Source: Minisyncoccota bacterium (GTDB lineage: Bacteria > Patescibacteriota > Minisyncoccia > Phycocordibacterales > GWA1-40-21). From it: a DNA stretch of 64,000 nucleotides. This document shows positions 49,418 through 58,608 of the stretch, piece after piece. Position 1 is the stretch's first letter; every line of letters starts with the position of its first letter. The position numbers and the translations under genes were made by a program. The notes under the pieces were generated by a model that saw nothing but the letters and a program-made list of their open reading frames with translations, was not told the origin of the DNA and searched no databases. Where the stretch lies: NCBI GenBank assembly GCA_041659365.1, contig JBAZYH010000003.1, positions 7,678-71,677 on the forward strand. Reading direction: 5' to 3'.

Positions 49418-51039
49418 AGTGTTCTTATATCAACTTTTAATCGCCTGTTAACCAATTTTTGATATATATTTTTTATACTAACAATATCCTTTTTTGATAA
49501 TTTTAAATTCTTTTTAAGAATAACGTTATCTGTAAAATTTAAAATATCTTCTTTCGACTCTTTATTTCTCAGCATTGTATCGAGTTTATTAAAATCTGAT
49601 TGATTAATTTTTATATATGGTACAGGTATATTCTTAAATTCATTTGGTATTAGTTCCAATACTCCACCGCCGTAATATCTACCCTCAAGTTCCGTAAAAA
49701 TTAAACTTAATGTATTTAAGAAACAAAAAGATAAATTTTTAATATCATAACCATCTTTCATCATAATCCGATAGAAAGCATCTGTAACATTAACTTTTGC
49801 ATCATTTACAACTATCCTTGGGAAAAAATTACTTCTTTTAATAAAAAACCCCTCGGATGGCCATATACTTGAAACATGAAACCAATTATTTCTTATTTTG
49901 CATTTATATCCATTATTAACACCATTATTTTCACCAAGTTTTATATATTTTTTAATTTTTTTTGGAAAATAATTTTCCGATTTATCTTCTAAAGATAGTA
50001 GAAATACTGGTTTATCTCTTTCTTTTAAAAACGAAAAATCAGTACGGGTTATAATTAGAGAAGTGGGAATAAAAGAACTTTTTTGTAAAATTGGTTTGCA
50101 ATATTTTTTAATATTAAACTTATCAGCTGTAGTTTTATTTATAATAAAAAAATCATTGGCGGCAGTAACAATACCAACTTGGACTTTTGAATAATCTTTT
50201 ATAGCCAAAAGATCTTTCTTGAACTTATCTAAAAAAGACAGTTCTTTTTGTGACAAAATATAATTGGTCCATTTATCTAGAGTATCTCTGTCAATATTAG
50301 TATTACCAGGAATAAGATCCGGTTTTTTTAAATCATCAAGTCTGTTTGCTTGAAAAAAAGAAACCTCTTTGTTTTTTGATGATTTAGTCCCAATAATTAT
50401 TATTACATCCTGTTCAATCCCATCAAAAACAAGTTCATTAAATGCAAATATTTCAATTTTATTTAATTTTTTTCTTAGATAGTCCCTTATTTCTTTTGCA
50501 TAAGAAACTTGTAGTAATTCAGCAGGTAAAACAAATGAAACAATACCATTATCATTTAGTGATTCTACAGATCCAATTAAAAAAGCTGTCCAGACATTCT
50601 TTATTTTTTTATTTGAAAGATTAGCTTTAGCGTGAATTTTTTCACATAAATCAAGCTGTTTTTTTGTAAGATGATTTTTTTTAATATAAGGCGGATTACC
50701 TATAACAAGATCATATTTTTGTGAATTATTTTTTTCAAATTCTAAATAATCAATTAAATGAGGTATAATTTTTGTATCTTTATCTTTAAAATTACTAGGA
50801 ATTATTATTGATTTTTTTAGCTCGGATTCCTCTCGTTCAACAATTTCTAATGTTATTTTTTTATTGTTTTTGTTATTTTTTATAAGAGAACTAACAAAAA
50901 TACCATCTCCAACACTTGGTTCTAAAATTTTAATCTCATTAGGAAGAGAGTAATGTTTGGTATTAAAAATTCGCTTAACTATAAAGTTAGAAATTATTTC
51001 TGGCGTATAGTATGATCCATTTTTCTTTTGATTTATCAT
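49414..51039 (-). CDS. N6-adenine DNA methyltransferase (gamma class, Eco57I/TaqI-like) with C-terminal target-recognition domain
   Basis: GSYYTPE (motif X), EPSVGDGIF (motif I), and GNPPYIKK (motif IV). Length 541 aa. Overlaps the HNH gene by 4 nt. Confidence 0.8.
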   Translation of the reverse strand: MINQKKNGSYYTPEIISNFIVKRIFNTKHYSLPNEIKILEPSVGDGIFVSSLIKNNKNNKKITLEIVEREESELKKSIIIPSNFKDKDTKIIPHLIDYLEFEKNNSQKYDLVIGNPPYIKKNHLTKKQLDLCEKIHAKANLSNKKIKNVWTAFLIGSVESLNDNGIVSFVLPAELLQVSYAKEIRDYLRKKLNKIEIFAFNELVFDGIEQDVIIIIGTKSSKNKEVSFFQANRLDDLKKPDLIPGNTNIDRDTLDKWTNYILSQKELSFLDKFKKDLLAIKDYSKVQVGIVTAANDFFIINKTTADKFNIKKYCKPILQKSSFIPTSLIITRTDFSFLKERDKPVFLLSLEDKSENYFPKKIKKYIKLGENNGVNNGYKCKIRNNWFHVSSIWPSEGFFIKRSNFFPRIVVNDAKVNVTDAFYRIMMKDGYDIKNLSFCFLNTLSLIFTELEGRYYGGGVLELIPNEFKNIPVPYIKINQSDFNKLDTMLRNKESKEDILNFTDNVILKKNLKLSKKDIVSIKNIYQKLVNRRLKVDIRTL

Positions 51040-51683
51040 TTATGTTTTCGACTAACATCAGTAATCTCATACGACGGTATTTTTTTAAGATCAAGGATAA
51101 GTTTATTTATATCCCCACTCAATTTAGCGAGTGTTTTTAAATATTTAATTGATTTTTTATTTCCCAAAACACCAAGATCTTTAATTAAGTTCATATAATT
51201 TTGATTTAATTTATTTAAATCTTGATCTAAAAAATATTGTCTGCGTTCTAAAATCAATTGTGGCCTATTAAAATATAATCTTTCTACCATGTATCTTGAT
51301 GCAATATATTTGCCAGAAACAATTCCAGTATTTGTATTAAGATTAAAGATGTTTGAGTAATCAATTTTTGAAGGATCTGGATAAGAACTGTTATTTAAAT
51401 GTCTGTTTGGTTCAGCTGGCCAATCATTTAATTTAAAACGGTTACAAATTGGGCAAGAATAAAAGAGGTTTTCTAAGATATGTTCCAATGTTGGGAATTT
51501 TGATTTAGGTTTATAATGTTCAACATGAAAAGCCTGGATACCGCCTAATGCATTTTCATGAATCGCACAATATACACAACGAAAACCCCCTTCTTGTCTC
51601 AGGAATTCTTTAACTCTAGAATCATGACATCCGTAAGACTCAACCGTGAGATTCGTTGTTTTCTGAATTTTTGACCATTTCAT
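51036..51683 (-). CDS. HNH endonuclease
   Basis: CVYCAIHEN...FHVEHYKPKS...CPICNRFK gives the Cys4 plus His-Asn-His (HNH) core. Length 215 aa. Confidence 0.75.
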   Translation of the reverse strand: MKWSKIQKTTNLTVESYGCHDSRVKEFLRQEGGFRCVYCAIHENALGGIQAFHVEHYKPKSKFPTLEHILENLFYSCPICNRFKLNDWPAEPNRHLNNSSYPDPSKIDYSNIFNLNTNTGIVSGKYIASRYMVERLYFNRPQLILERRQYFLDQDLNKLNQNYMNLIKDLGVLGNKKSIKYLKTLAKLSGDINKLILDLKKIPSYEITDVSRKHK

Positions 51684-51685
51684 TT

Positions 51686-52366
51686 TTATTTCTTATTTTT
51701 TTGATTTAAATATCTTTTTGCTTCTTTTTGTGCCATTTTAAAACTATCTATAACTTCCTGATATGCATCGAGCCATTCTTTTCTACTATTTAAAGCAATC
51801 GTGGTAACAGGTATCTCAAGATTTTTTTGTATTGCCTCCGCCCTCTTTTTTTGTTTCGTTGTAGCTTTTCCAATTGCGATTCTTTTTGAAATCATAGAAA
51901 GTTCCGTTAATTCTTTTTCGTTAGATTCTAAAAAGTTTTTATAAGTTCGAAGAAATCTTTCCACATAGAGGCTAGCTTTACTTGAAAAATCTTCGCGTTT
52001 CATTACTTCATCAAATAATGCAAAGTGTTGTTGCATAGATGGATCATCTGGATAAGAAGTGACTCCGTAAATTGGCATCCCTTTAAATTGTGTTCGAAGT
52101 ATGTTAACTAGATCACTACCTTTATAATTTACAGATTTTCCTGAAGTACCAGGAACCTCACCTAATCTTTCATCAAGAATTAAAACTCCTATTTGCTCAT
52201 TATTTATCCACTTTGAATAATCTCCTAGGTTTAAAAATGGTGTGGTTTCAATAACAGACCAATTATTTTTTATATCTAAATTAATGATTGCATCTTCAAT
52301 AACATCTGCAACCATTTTTCTTGCGTCATCACGATCGTCTACTACAGCGATTTTTGTTGTTTTCAT
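51686..52366 (-). CDS. Orphan receiver (REC)-like domain protein with helical C-terminal extension
   Basis: KIAVVDDRDD acidic pair, a candidate phospho-acceptor Asp in VLILDERLG, and a T/S in GVTSYP. About 100-aa C-terminal region with no DNA-binding motif recognised. Confidence 0.45.
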   Translation of the reverse strand: MKTTKIAVVDDRDDARKMVADVIEDAIINLDIKNNWSVIETTPFLNLGDYSKWINNEQIGVLILDERLGEVPGTSGKSVNYKGSDLVNILRTQFKGMPIYGVTSYPDDPSMQQHFALFDEVMKREDFSSKASLYVERFLRTYKNFLESNEKELTELSMISKRIAIGKATTKQKKRAEAIQKNLEIPVTTIALNSRKEWLDAYQEVIDSFKMAQKEAKRYLNQKNKK

Positions 52367-52370
52367 ATTT

Positions 52371-54569
52371 TTAATTTGATGGTAACCAGATACGAAATTT
52401 AGCTCCTTTTAATTTTTGATCTTTTGTTACTTCTCGATCTCCACCTAATTCGTCGACGGTAGATTTAACAATTGTAAGTCCCAATCCTGTACCTTCTTCT
52501 TTACCATTTTTATCTTTCTTTGTAGTAAATAATGGTTCCCAAATTATATCTGTTATTGTTTTATCAACACCGACTCCACTGTCTGCAACTACAATTTCAA
52601 AACCTTTTTTTAATCCAATATTTTTTTCATAAAGTTCAATACGAACTTTTCTGTTATTCGAAATCTGACTACAGGCAGTATATGCATTTGTTAAAAGATT
52701 CAAAACTATAGATTCAAGATCCATAACAAAAACTTTTGCGTCAACCTCTTTCAAGTCCTTTATTATCTCAATTTTAATTACCTTAAAGGCTTCTTCAACT
52801 TCATTGATTACAACCTCTACAGCGCTTTTTACATTTACTTTTTGACGGGTTCTTTTATCTTTTCTAACACGGGCCATGGCAAATGCACCCCAAGAAGAAA
52901 CTTGCTTTGCATATCCAAGAGAAGTACTTAATTGATCTAAAGCTCTTTTTACATTTGGTCCCGTTTTAAGTGAAAGAGAAGATTGTGCAGCTGAAACCCC
53001 CGAACGGAAAAGTGATACTGCTGTTTGAGTCTCGTGTCCAAAAACGGCAGCCGCTATACCAACAGTAGCAAGGCCACTCAAAACTCGATTATTATCAAGT
53101 AACTCCTCAAATCTTTTTTTTGTTTCCTCTGTTCTTTTAATAACATCGGCAATTTGTCCGATAGATTCTTTATTTTCTTTTCCAATTCCAGACCCAAGTT
53201 TATTACTTAGACTTTCAAGATCTTTTTGGAAAGTTTCAAGATTTTGTCTATAATTATCTACCTCTTCAATTAATCCGGCTTTATTATTTTTTTCATTTTG
53301 TTTTTTTTCAATTAATGCTTTTTCGTGTCTATGTTTTTCAATCAAAGTGACGCAAGCGAGAGTTAATGCTCTTAAATCATAAAAAGCATCACTTTCAATA
53401 AGACCCTCTCTTGAAGCACCGTCTATTAGTTGTGGATTAGTATCTCTACCAATAGCAACTGCTCCAACTATTTGATGGGATGAGACTTTATAAGAAGGTC
53501 GAAGTAAACCAGCAGGATCTCTTTCTTTTCTTTGGGCAAGCCCTAACCAATCACCGGCAGGTTCATTATTATAACCATAAGGTTTTACACTGATCTGATC
53601 CCTGTATATTTTAATACCAAGATTTTTATCTAAAAAGTTTCTTAGTCCAGAAAAACTAAGTCCTTTTTCTAAAAGCAATGGGTTATTTTTTGTTCGTCCA
53701 AAAAATAAAATATCAATTGATACTGGTCCACATTTAAGAGTGTTGTTGAATCCTATATCTGTATTTACTCTTTGTGAAAGTTTATCCCAGGATATTTCGT
53801 TTTTATAATAAAGATTTTTAGAATTAATTTTTTCAATTATTTTATATTTTATTTTTTGTGTTTTTTCATCAAAAATTGCTTGAAGAGAGATTTCCGACGC
53901 CTCATAATATGAAGATTTTACTACTCCATTTAATTCTTCAACAAGATGATTATGAAATCGTATTTCAAAATCTTTTACAGCTGAAAAGGGTGAGATGAGA
54001 GCAGTAAGTTCACTGTAAACCTGTTCGATATCTACTTTTAACCATGTTTGTCTTAAATTTGAAATCAATATTTCTGTACCAGTATTTCGATCAGATTTGG
54101 GTATTTTTATGTTCTGAGTATTTAATATACTAACCTGTATATCTGAAAGATCCTTGCCGTCAACATTAAACTGTTCCCAGTTAACAGAAAGTTTTAATGG
54201 TGTGATTTCGCTAGTTTTAGTTATAAGTGAAAGTTTTTCACCTAATCTATCCGCAGAAAGACGCCCGATGCCTTTTTCACCAGTTTTACGTCTTGATTTT
54301 TTAGTAAGTTTTATTAATTTTTTATCAGAAAAACCAATACGTAACCAATTTTCTTCAAGTTGAGGACCTGTCATACCAATACCATTATCAGCGACACGGA
54401 TATTATCCTTATTTATTTCTACTTCCACGACAGTAGCATCTGCGTCATAGCTGTTTTTTACCAATTCTAAAAGAGCTGTTGTTGGATTTTTAATACTATC
54501 ACGTCCTAGATTAATAACTGTCCGTGCATCAATAGTAAACGATTTATTTTTTTTATTTTCTTTAAACAT
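52371..54569 (-). CDS. 732-aa protein with two GHKL ATPase domains: N-terminal MORC/HATPase_c_3-like and C-terminal histidine-kinase-type HATPase_c preceded by a possible degenerate H-box
   Basis: N-terminal ELVKNSYDADA (N-box), DNGIGM (G1), GEKGIGRLS (G2). Central FGHETQ (H-box candidate). C-terminal LLTNAYTA (N), VADSGVGV (G1), GTGLGLTIVK (G2). Confidence 0.65.
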   Translation of the reverse strand: MFKENKKNKSFTIDARTVINLGRDSIKNPTTALLELVKNSYDADATVVEVEINKDNIRVADNGIGMTGPQLEENWLRIGFSDKKLIKLTKKSRRKTGEKGIGRLSADRLGEKLSLITKTSEITPLKLSVNWEQFNVDGKDLSDIQVSILNTQNIKIPKSDRNTGTEILISNLRQTWLKVDIEQVYSELTALISPFSAVKDFEIRFHNHLVEELNGVVKSSYYEASEISLQAIFDEKTQKIKYKIIEKINSKNLYYKNEISWDKLSQRVNTDIGFNNTLKCGPVSIDILFFGRTKNNPLLLEKGLSFSGLRNFLDKNLGIKIYRDQISVKPYGYNNEPAGDWLGLAQRKERDPAGLLRPSYKVSSHQIVGAVAIGRDTNPQLIDGASREGLIESDAFYDLRALTLACVTLIEKHRHEKALIEKKQNEKNNKAGLIEEVDNYRQNLETFQKDLESLSNKLGSGIGKENKESIGQIADVIKRTEETKKRFEELLDNNRVLSGLATVGIAAAVFGHETQTAVSLFRSGVSAAQSSLSLKTGPNVKRALDQLSTSLGYAKQVSSWGAFAMARVRKDKRTRQKVNVKSAVEVVINEVEEAFKVIKIEIIKDLKEVDAKVFVMDLESIVLNLLTNAYTACSQISNNRKVRIELYEKNIGLKKGFEIVVADSGVGVDKTITDIIWEPLFTTKKDKNGKEEGTGLGLTIVKSTVDELGGDREVTKDQKLKGAKFRIWLPSN

Positions 54570-54780
54570 ATTAAAACTATTTACTCTAAAATATTAAAAT
54601 ACTCTGCATACTGCAGTTTCACCTGAAGAATCAACTAACCTGATATATCATCTCATATTTTATGACTTTTCTCAATTAATTTACAACAACACATAATATT
54701 ATGGATGTGTTTAATTTTAATATAATAGAAATCAAACTTAGATAGAATCTTATACCAAATTTTAAAATTCTACCGCTCAT

Positions 54781-54819
54781 GGTCCTTCGATACTAATTTC
54801 CTTTGCTGCTGCTCTAGGA
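54781..54819. repeat. att-like direct repeat copy 2
   Basis: GGTCCTTCGATACTAATTTCCTTTGCTGCTGCTCTAGGA. Confidence 0.55.
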
Positions 54820-54904
54820 CTGTCACTAGGTCTAGTACTGGCTATAAATATACACCTAATTAAAAAATTCGCTAGTTTTTTTAGTTCTAGTCCTAAGTTT
54901 AAAA

Positions 54905-55414
54905 TTAATTTAAAAATGTTTTAATTTTTTCAACAGCTTCGTTAAAATCATCTCCAACTTTAATAACCACTAATGGTAATTGAGCTTCTTTTAATATTTC
55001 TATTTTTTCGTTATCAGTTTCAATCTGCTTGAGTTTGTTATGATACCCTCCATTTAATTCTACCGCGACAACTGGTTTGAAATATAAATCACAGATTATA
55101 AAATCTATATGTTTGGGCATAATTTTTCTTGCCATATTTTTATATCCATAGTATTCATTGGTTTTTATTGGCTCAACAATATCAGCCAAGCGCATATTCG
55201 GGAAAATATGATAGTTGTGTGGTAACTTATTTTGTAATTCAAAAAATAGAGCAGATTCTGTTTTGTTCATTAAACTAAATTTTTTATTATATCTAGCTAA
55301 TTTTGGTTCTGGTGTTTTTACTAAAATATCAGAATTGTTTATACTATGCCATTTCCTGTTTAGTATATAAATAAGAAAAAGTAATATTACTACCCACATT
55401 AAAAATATATTCAT
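54905..55414 (-). CDS. DUF2726-like (restriction-endonuclease-fold) membrane-anchored protein
   Basis: ESALFFELQNKLPHNYHIFPNMRLADIV...HIDFIICD...PVVAVELNGGYH matches the DUF2726 pattern (E..Y..L......V.PQV.LADV...HVDFVLCD..P.LAIELDD.SH). Confidence 0.5.
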   Translation of the reverse strand: MNIFLMWVVILLFLIYILNRKWHSINNSDILVKTPEPKLARYNKKFSLMNKTESALFFELQNKLPHNYHIFPNMRLADIVEPIKTNEYYGYKNMARKIMPKHIDFIICDLYFKPVVAVELNGGYHNKLKQIETDNEKIEILKEAQLPLVVIKVGDDFNEAVEKIKTFLN

Positions 55415-55587
55415 ATTTTAATTGTAACATTTTTGTAATAATTAACTATTTTGAGAATATATAAACCAAAAAAAAGGAACTTGGTCTAGAACCAAAATGA
55501 CGGCTTAAAACATATAAATTAAAAAGTAACGGCTTTAGGACCAGAAACGGTGATTTTAAAATACATTGAAAAATATAGACCATTTCT

Positions 55588-55661
55588 GGTCCTTCGATAC
55601 TTTTTTACTTTGCTGTGGAACTAGGAATCGAACCGAATTCATTATAACACAAAGCTTTTCA
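55588..55661 (-). repeat. att-like direct repeat copy 3 fused to a tRNA 3'-end-like fragment (T-arm GGTTCGATTCC + acceptor-like TAGTTCCACAG)
   Basis: Minus-strand reading is ...GGTTCGATTCCTAGTTCCACAGCAAAGTAAAAAAGTATCGAAGGACC. No complete cloverleaf could be folded. Confidence 0.45.
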
Positions 55662-55727
55662 GAGATCAGGCTATCTAGCTCTAGTTGCATAGGTACTTGA
55701 GCATAACTCAAGTTGCCTTATCTAGGT

Positions 55728-56495
55728 TTATTTCTCGTGTTGTTCAGACATACCCCACAGACCATCAAACCATGCTTGCATAGTGTCATGATGTTCCTTC
55801 GAAGTTATAAGCACACAATAACAGTCTTTCATTGAAGATATATAAAGTGTTTTATCATCATATAAAAAAACAGTACTTTTAAAATTACCTCTCATTACTT
55901 CTGGTACAATTCTAACATCTGAAACTCCTTTGTAATATTCATTAAATGTTTTTTTATCGATACTTCTTTCCCAAAGATTTTTTGTTTTAATTCCACGCTT
56001 TTTCCTTTCTTCCACAAAGAGTTTTACAAATTCACCACCTACTTGCCAAAAAAAGTTTTCTTTAGGTGCAACAGAATTTATTTGTTTACTTTTACAATAG
56101 AGCATATCCATAATCAGACTTTTTACTGCTCCAACTCCTTCATAAAAAGCAACTACCGGTCTTTGACTTTCTGAAGAGTTCTCAACTTTAAGGGAATCAA
56201 CAAGATCAGATATATTATCTTTAAGCTGTTTGGTTTCAAGATTTTTTTCTTCAGCGAGTGTATTTAATTTTTCAATAGATTCCAGAGAAAAACGTTTATC
56301 ACCTTCAAGACCTGTTTTACTTATCAAACCACGTTTTTCCAAACAACCTAAAGCATAATAAACCGTAGGTCTTTTTTGACGAGTTATTTTTACTAAGTCT
56401 CTAGCAGTCCTTGCTCCAGATACCATGGCCAAATATATAGTGACTTCTGAATCACTCAATCCTAAATCTAAAAGATGTTTTCTTGGTTCTTGCAT
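55728..56495 (-). CDS. TrmB-family transcriptional regulator
   Basis: N-terminal LGLSDSEVTIYLAMVSGARTARDLVKITRQKRPTVYYALGCLEKRGLI winged-helix typical of TrmB, plus a C-terminal effector domain. Confidence 0.7.
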   Translation of the reverse strand: MQEPRKHLLDLGLSDSEVTIYLAMVSGARTARDLVKITRQKRPTVYYALGCLEKRGLISKTGLEGDKRFSLESIEKLNTLAEEKNLETKQLKDNISDLVDSLKVENSSESQRPVVAFYEGVGAVKSLIMDMLYCKSKQINSVAPKENFFWQVGGEFVKLFVEERKKRGIKTKNLWERSIDKKTFNEYYKGVSDVRIVPEVMRGNFKSTVFLYDDKTLYISSMKDCYCVLITSKEHHDTMQAWFDGLWGMSEQHEK

Positions 56496-56602
56496 AATGA
56501 TTATTTATTATTTGTATAATGGTTATTATACACGATTGACTCTTTTTGTCAAATCAATAGACTTGTAATAGAAACAGTTCATTGAAAAGAAAGGATTCTC
56601 TT

Positions 56603-57211
56603 ATGAAAGCTTTTGGATTAACGGGTAACGCTGGTTGTGGTAAAAGCACTGTTGCTTCCCTATTTTCAAGGTATCAGGATGTCTTGATTATTGATTGTGA
56701 TCGTGTGGCTAAAGAAATTCTATCTAACCAAACATTACAAAGAGAAATCAACTCTATTCTTGGTACGGATGTTTTTCCAGATGGCAAAGTAAATCGGAAA
56801 CTCATCGCAAACATAATCTTCAAACAACCAGAAAAGAAACGACTGATGGAGGAATTAGTTCATCCTATTGTATGGGCAACTGTACAAAAGATGATTCAAG
56901 AAACATCTAAAGGAACAGTTTGTATCGTAGAGTCAGCTATTATCTACGAGACAAAAAGTGAAAATCTTTTTGAAGCTGTTATTGATGTAACTTGTGATTA
57001 TGAGGAACAAGTTCGTCGGCTTCGAGAAAATCGTAAGATGGAAGATTCTGACATTCAAGCTCTGCTTACTAGTCAGCTTTCATCATTTGAAAAAGAAAGG
57101 AGAAGTCATTTTGTGATAAACACAAACTGTACTTTAGAACAACTGAGTGAAAGGGTTGAAAAACTCTACAGAGAACTCAAACAGAAAGGAACGAACCATG
57201 AAAACGCGTAA
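56603..57211 (+). CDS. coaE: Dephospho-CoA kinase
   Basis: MKAFGLTGNAGCGKSTVASLF P-loop and CoaE architecture. ATG at 56603 with AAGGA RBS (the track ORF starts at a TTG 21 nt upstream). Confidence 0.8.
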   Translation: MKAFGLTGNAGCGKSTVASLFSRYQDVLIIDCDRVAKEILSNQTLQREINSILGTDVFPDGKVNRKLIANIIFKQPEKKRLMEELVHPIVWATVQKMIQETSKGTVCIVESAIIYETKSENLFEAVIDVTCDYEEQVRRLRENRKMEDSDIQALLTSQLSSFEKERRSHFVINTNCTLEQLSERVEKLYRELKQKGTNHENA

Positions 57212-58334
57212 AGTTGTGTACGCAGCAAGTCTCGATCCCATCACAAATGGACATCTAAATGTTATCGAGCGTTTTGCACCACTATACGACGAATTTATCG
57301 TTGTTGTGGCTGTAGATGCTCGCAAGACATACATGTTCACTCCAGAAGAACGAGTGAGTATGACTAAGTCGGCTGTCGCTCACATTTCAAATGTTACGGT
57401 TGATGTCTGTATTGGCCGTTATGTTGTGAAATATGCCGAATCAGTTGGTGCACAGGTCATAATTCGTGGTTTGCGAAATTTCAAAGACCTCGAAGACGAA
57501 CAGGTTCTTGCGGAAGAAAATCGTAGGATATGTTCGACAATCGAAACCATCTGGGTACCTTGCTTGCCGAATCTTATGCATATAAGTTCGAGTATGGTTA
57601 AGGGACACGTTGGTATTGACCCTGACTGGGAAGAACAAGTTGTGCGTTCAGTACCCAGTATCGTAGTTACCAAACTCAAGGAGAAGTACATGCTTAACAG
57701 AGCAAAGAAACATTGGGCTTCACTAATGGCTTTACTTGGAAATCCAAAAGGATCAGAATTGGTCTTTGCGGAACTCCTTTTGAAATATAGTGAACCTCAT
57801 CGTGCTTACCATACACTCGAGCATGTTGTAAATATGCTCGATGAATTGGAATCGGTCGTCGATAAACTGAATGATAAAGACGCTGTAAAAATGGCCGTCT
57901 GGTATCATGACGTTGTTTACGATCCGATGACTAAAGATCATCACGTAGTCGCCGACAATGAAGTGAGAAGTGCATATCGAGCCGAGCTTGATCTCGAAAA
58001 GCTCGGTTTGTCTTCAAACTTTAGTGAGAGAGTTCAAGCTTTAATCATGGCAACAACACACACAGAGAAAGTCACTGACTCTGATACCATGTTTATGGTT
58101 GATCTCGATCTTGCCATTCTCGGTAAATCAGAAAAGGAATTCGAAAGTTACGAAAAAGGAATCCGCAAAGAGTATGACTGGGTATCAGAAGCCGACTTTT
58201 GTGTAGGTCGAAGCAAGGTACTTGAGTCATTTTTGAATCGTGAGACGGTATATTCTACTGAAGTCTTTCGGAGTCGGTATGAAAATACCGCTAGAAAGAA
58301 TATGGAGAAATCACTCACATTACTGAAACAGTAA
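57198..58334 (+). CDS. coaD: Phosphopantetheine adenylyltransferase (CoaD) fused to a C-terminal HD-domain phosphohydrolase
   Basis: VVYAASLDPITNGHLNVIE (PPAT HxGH-type motif), then ~230 aa with YHTLEHV...VWYHDVVYDP (HD motif). Overlaps the coaE 3' end by 14 nt. Confidence 0.7.
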   Translation: MKTRKVVYAASLDPITNGHLNVIERFAPLYDEFIVVVAVDARKTYMFTPEERVSMTKSAVAHISNVTVDVCIGRYVVKYAESVGAQVIIRGLRNFKDLEDEQVLAEENRRICSTIETIWVPCLPNLMHISSSMVKGHVGIDPDWEEQVVRSVPSIVVTKLKEKYMLNRAKKHWASLMALLGNPKGSELVFAELLLKYSEPHRAYHTLEHVVNMLDELESVVDKLNDKDAVKMAVWYHDVVYDPMTKDHHVVADNEVRSAYRAELDLEKLGLSSNFSERVQALIMATTHTEKVTDSDTMFMVDLDLAILGKSEKEFESYEKGIRKEYDWVSEADFCVGRSKVLESFLNRETVYSTEVFRSRYENTARKNMEKSLTLLKQ

Positions 58335-58341
58335 AAGCTCA

Positions 58342-58379
58342 AGAGCCTACAAAATAGAAATATTTTGTAGGCTCTTTTT
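58342..58379 (+). terminator. Rho-independent terminator
   Basis: AGAGCCTACAAAATA...TATTTTGTAGGCTCT hairpin followed by TTTTT. Confidence 0.75.
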
Positions 58380-58608
58380 AAATATATATTATATTTTATA
58401 ACTAATTTACATCATTGGTTCTATTCCTAGTCCCATCATGCAAAAAACGCTCTATGCAGAGCTAAAAAATCCTTATATTATCGCGTCTCGAGCTACGCAC
58501 GAGTTGGCTGGACGTATGGTATGAAGTTGGAACATTTTTAATACTTAAGTAATAGAAAAGGCCGACAGAAGATTAAACTCCTGTCGGCCCAAAAACCTTC
58601 CTTCCTCT

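Noticed and set aside
55560-55720. Complete tRNA gene at the att-like repeat
   Set aside because: The T-arm (GGTTCGATTCC) and an acceptor-like 3' strand are present, but no D-arm, anticodon arm or complementary 5' acceptor strand could be found. Treated as a tRNA 3'-end remnant.
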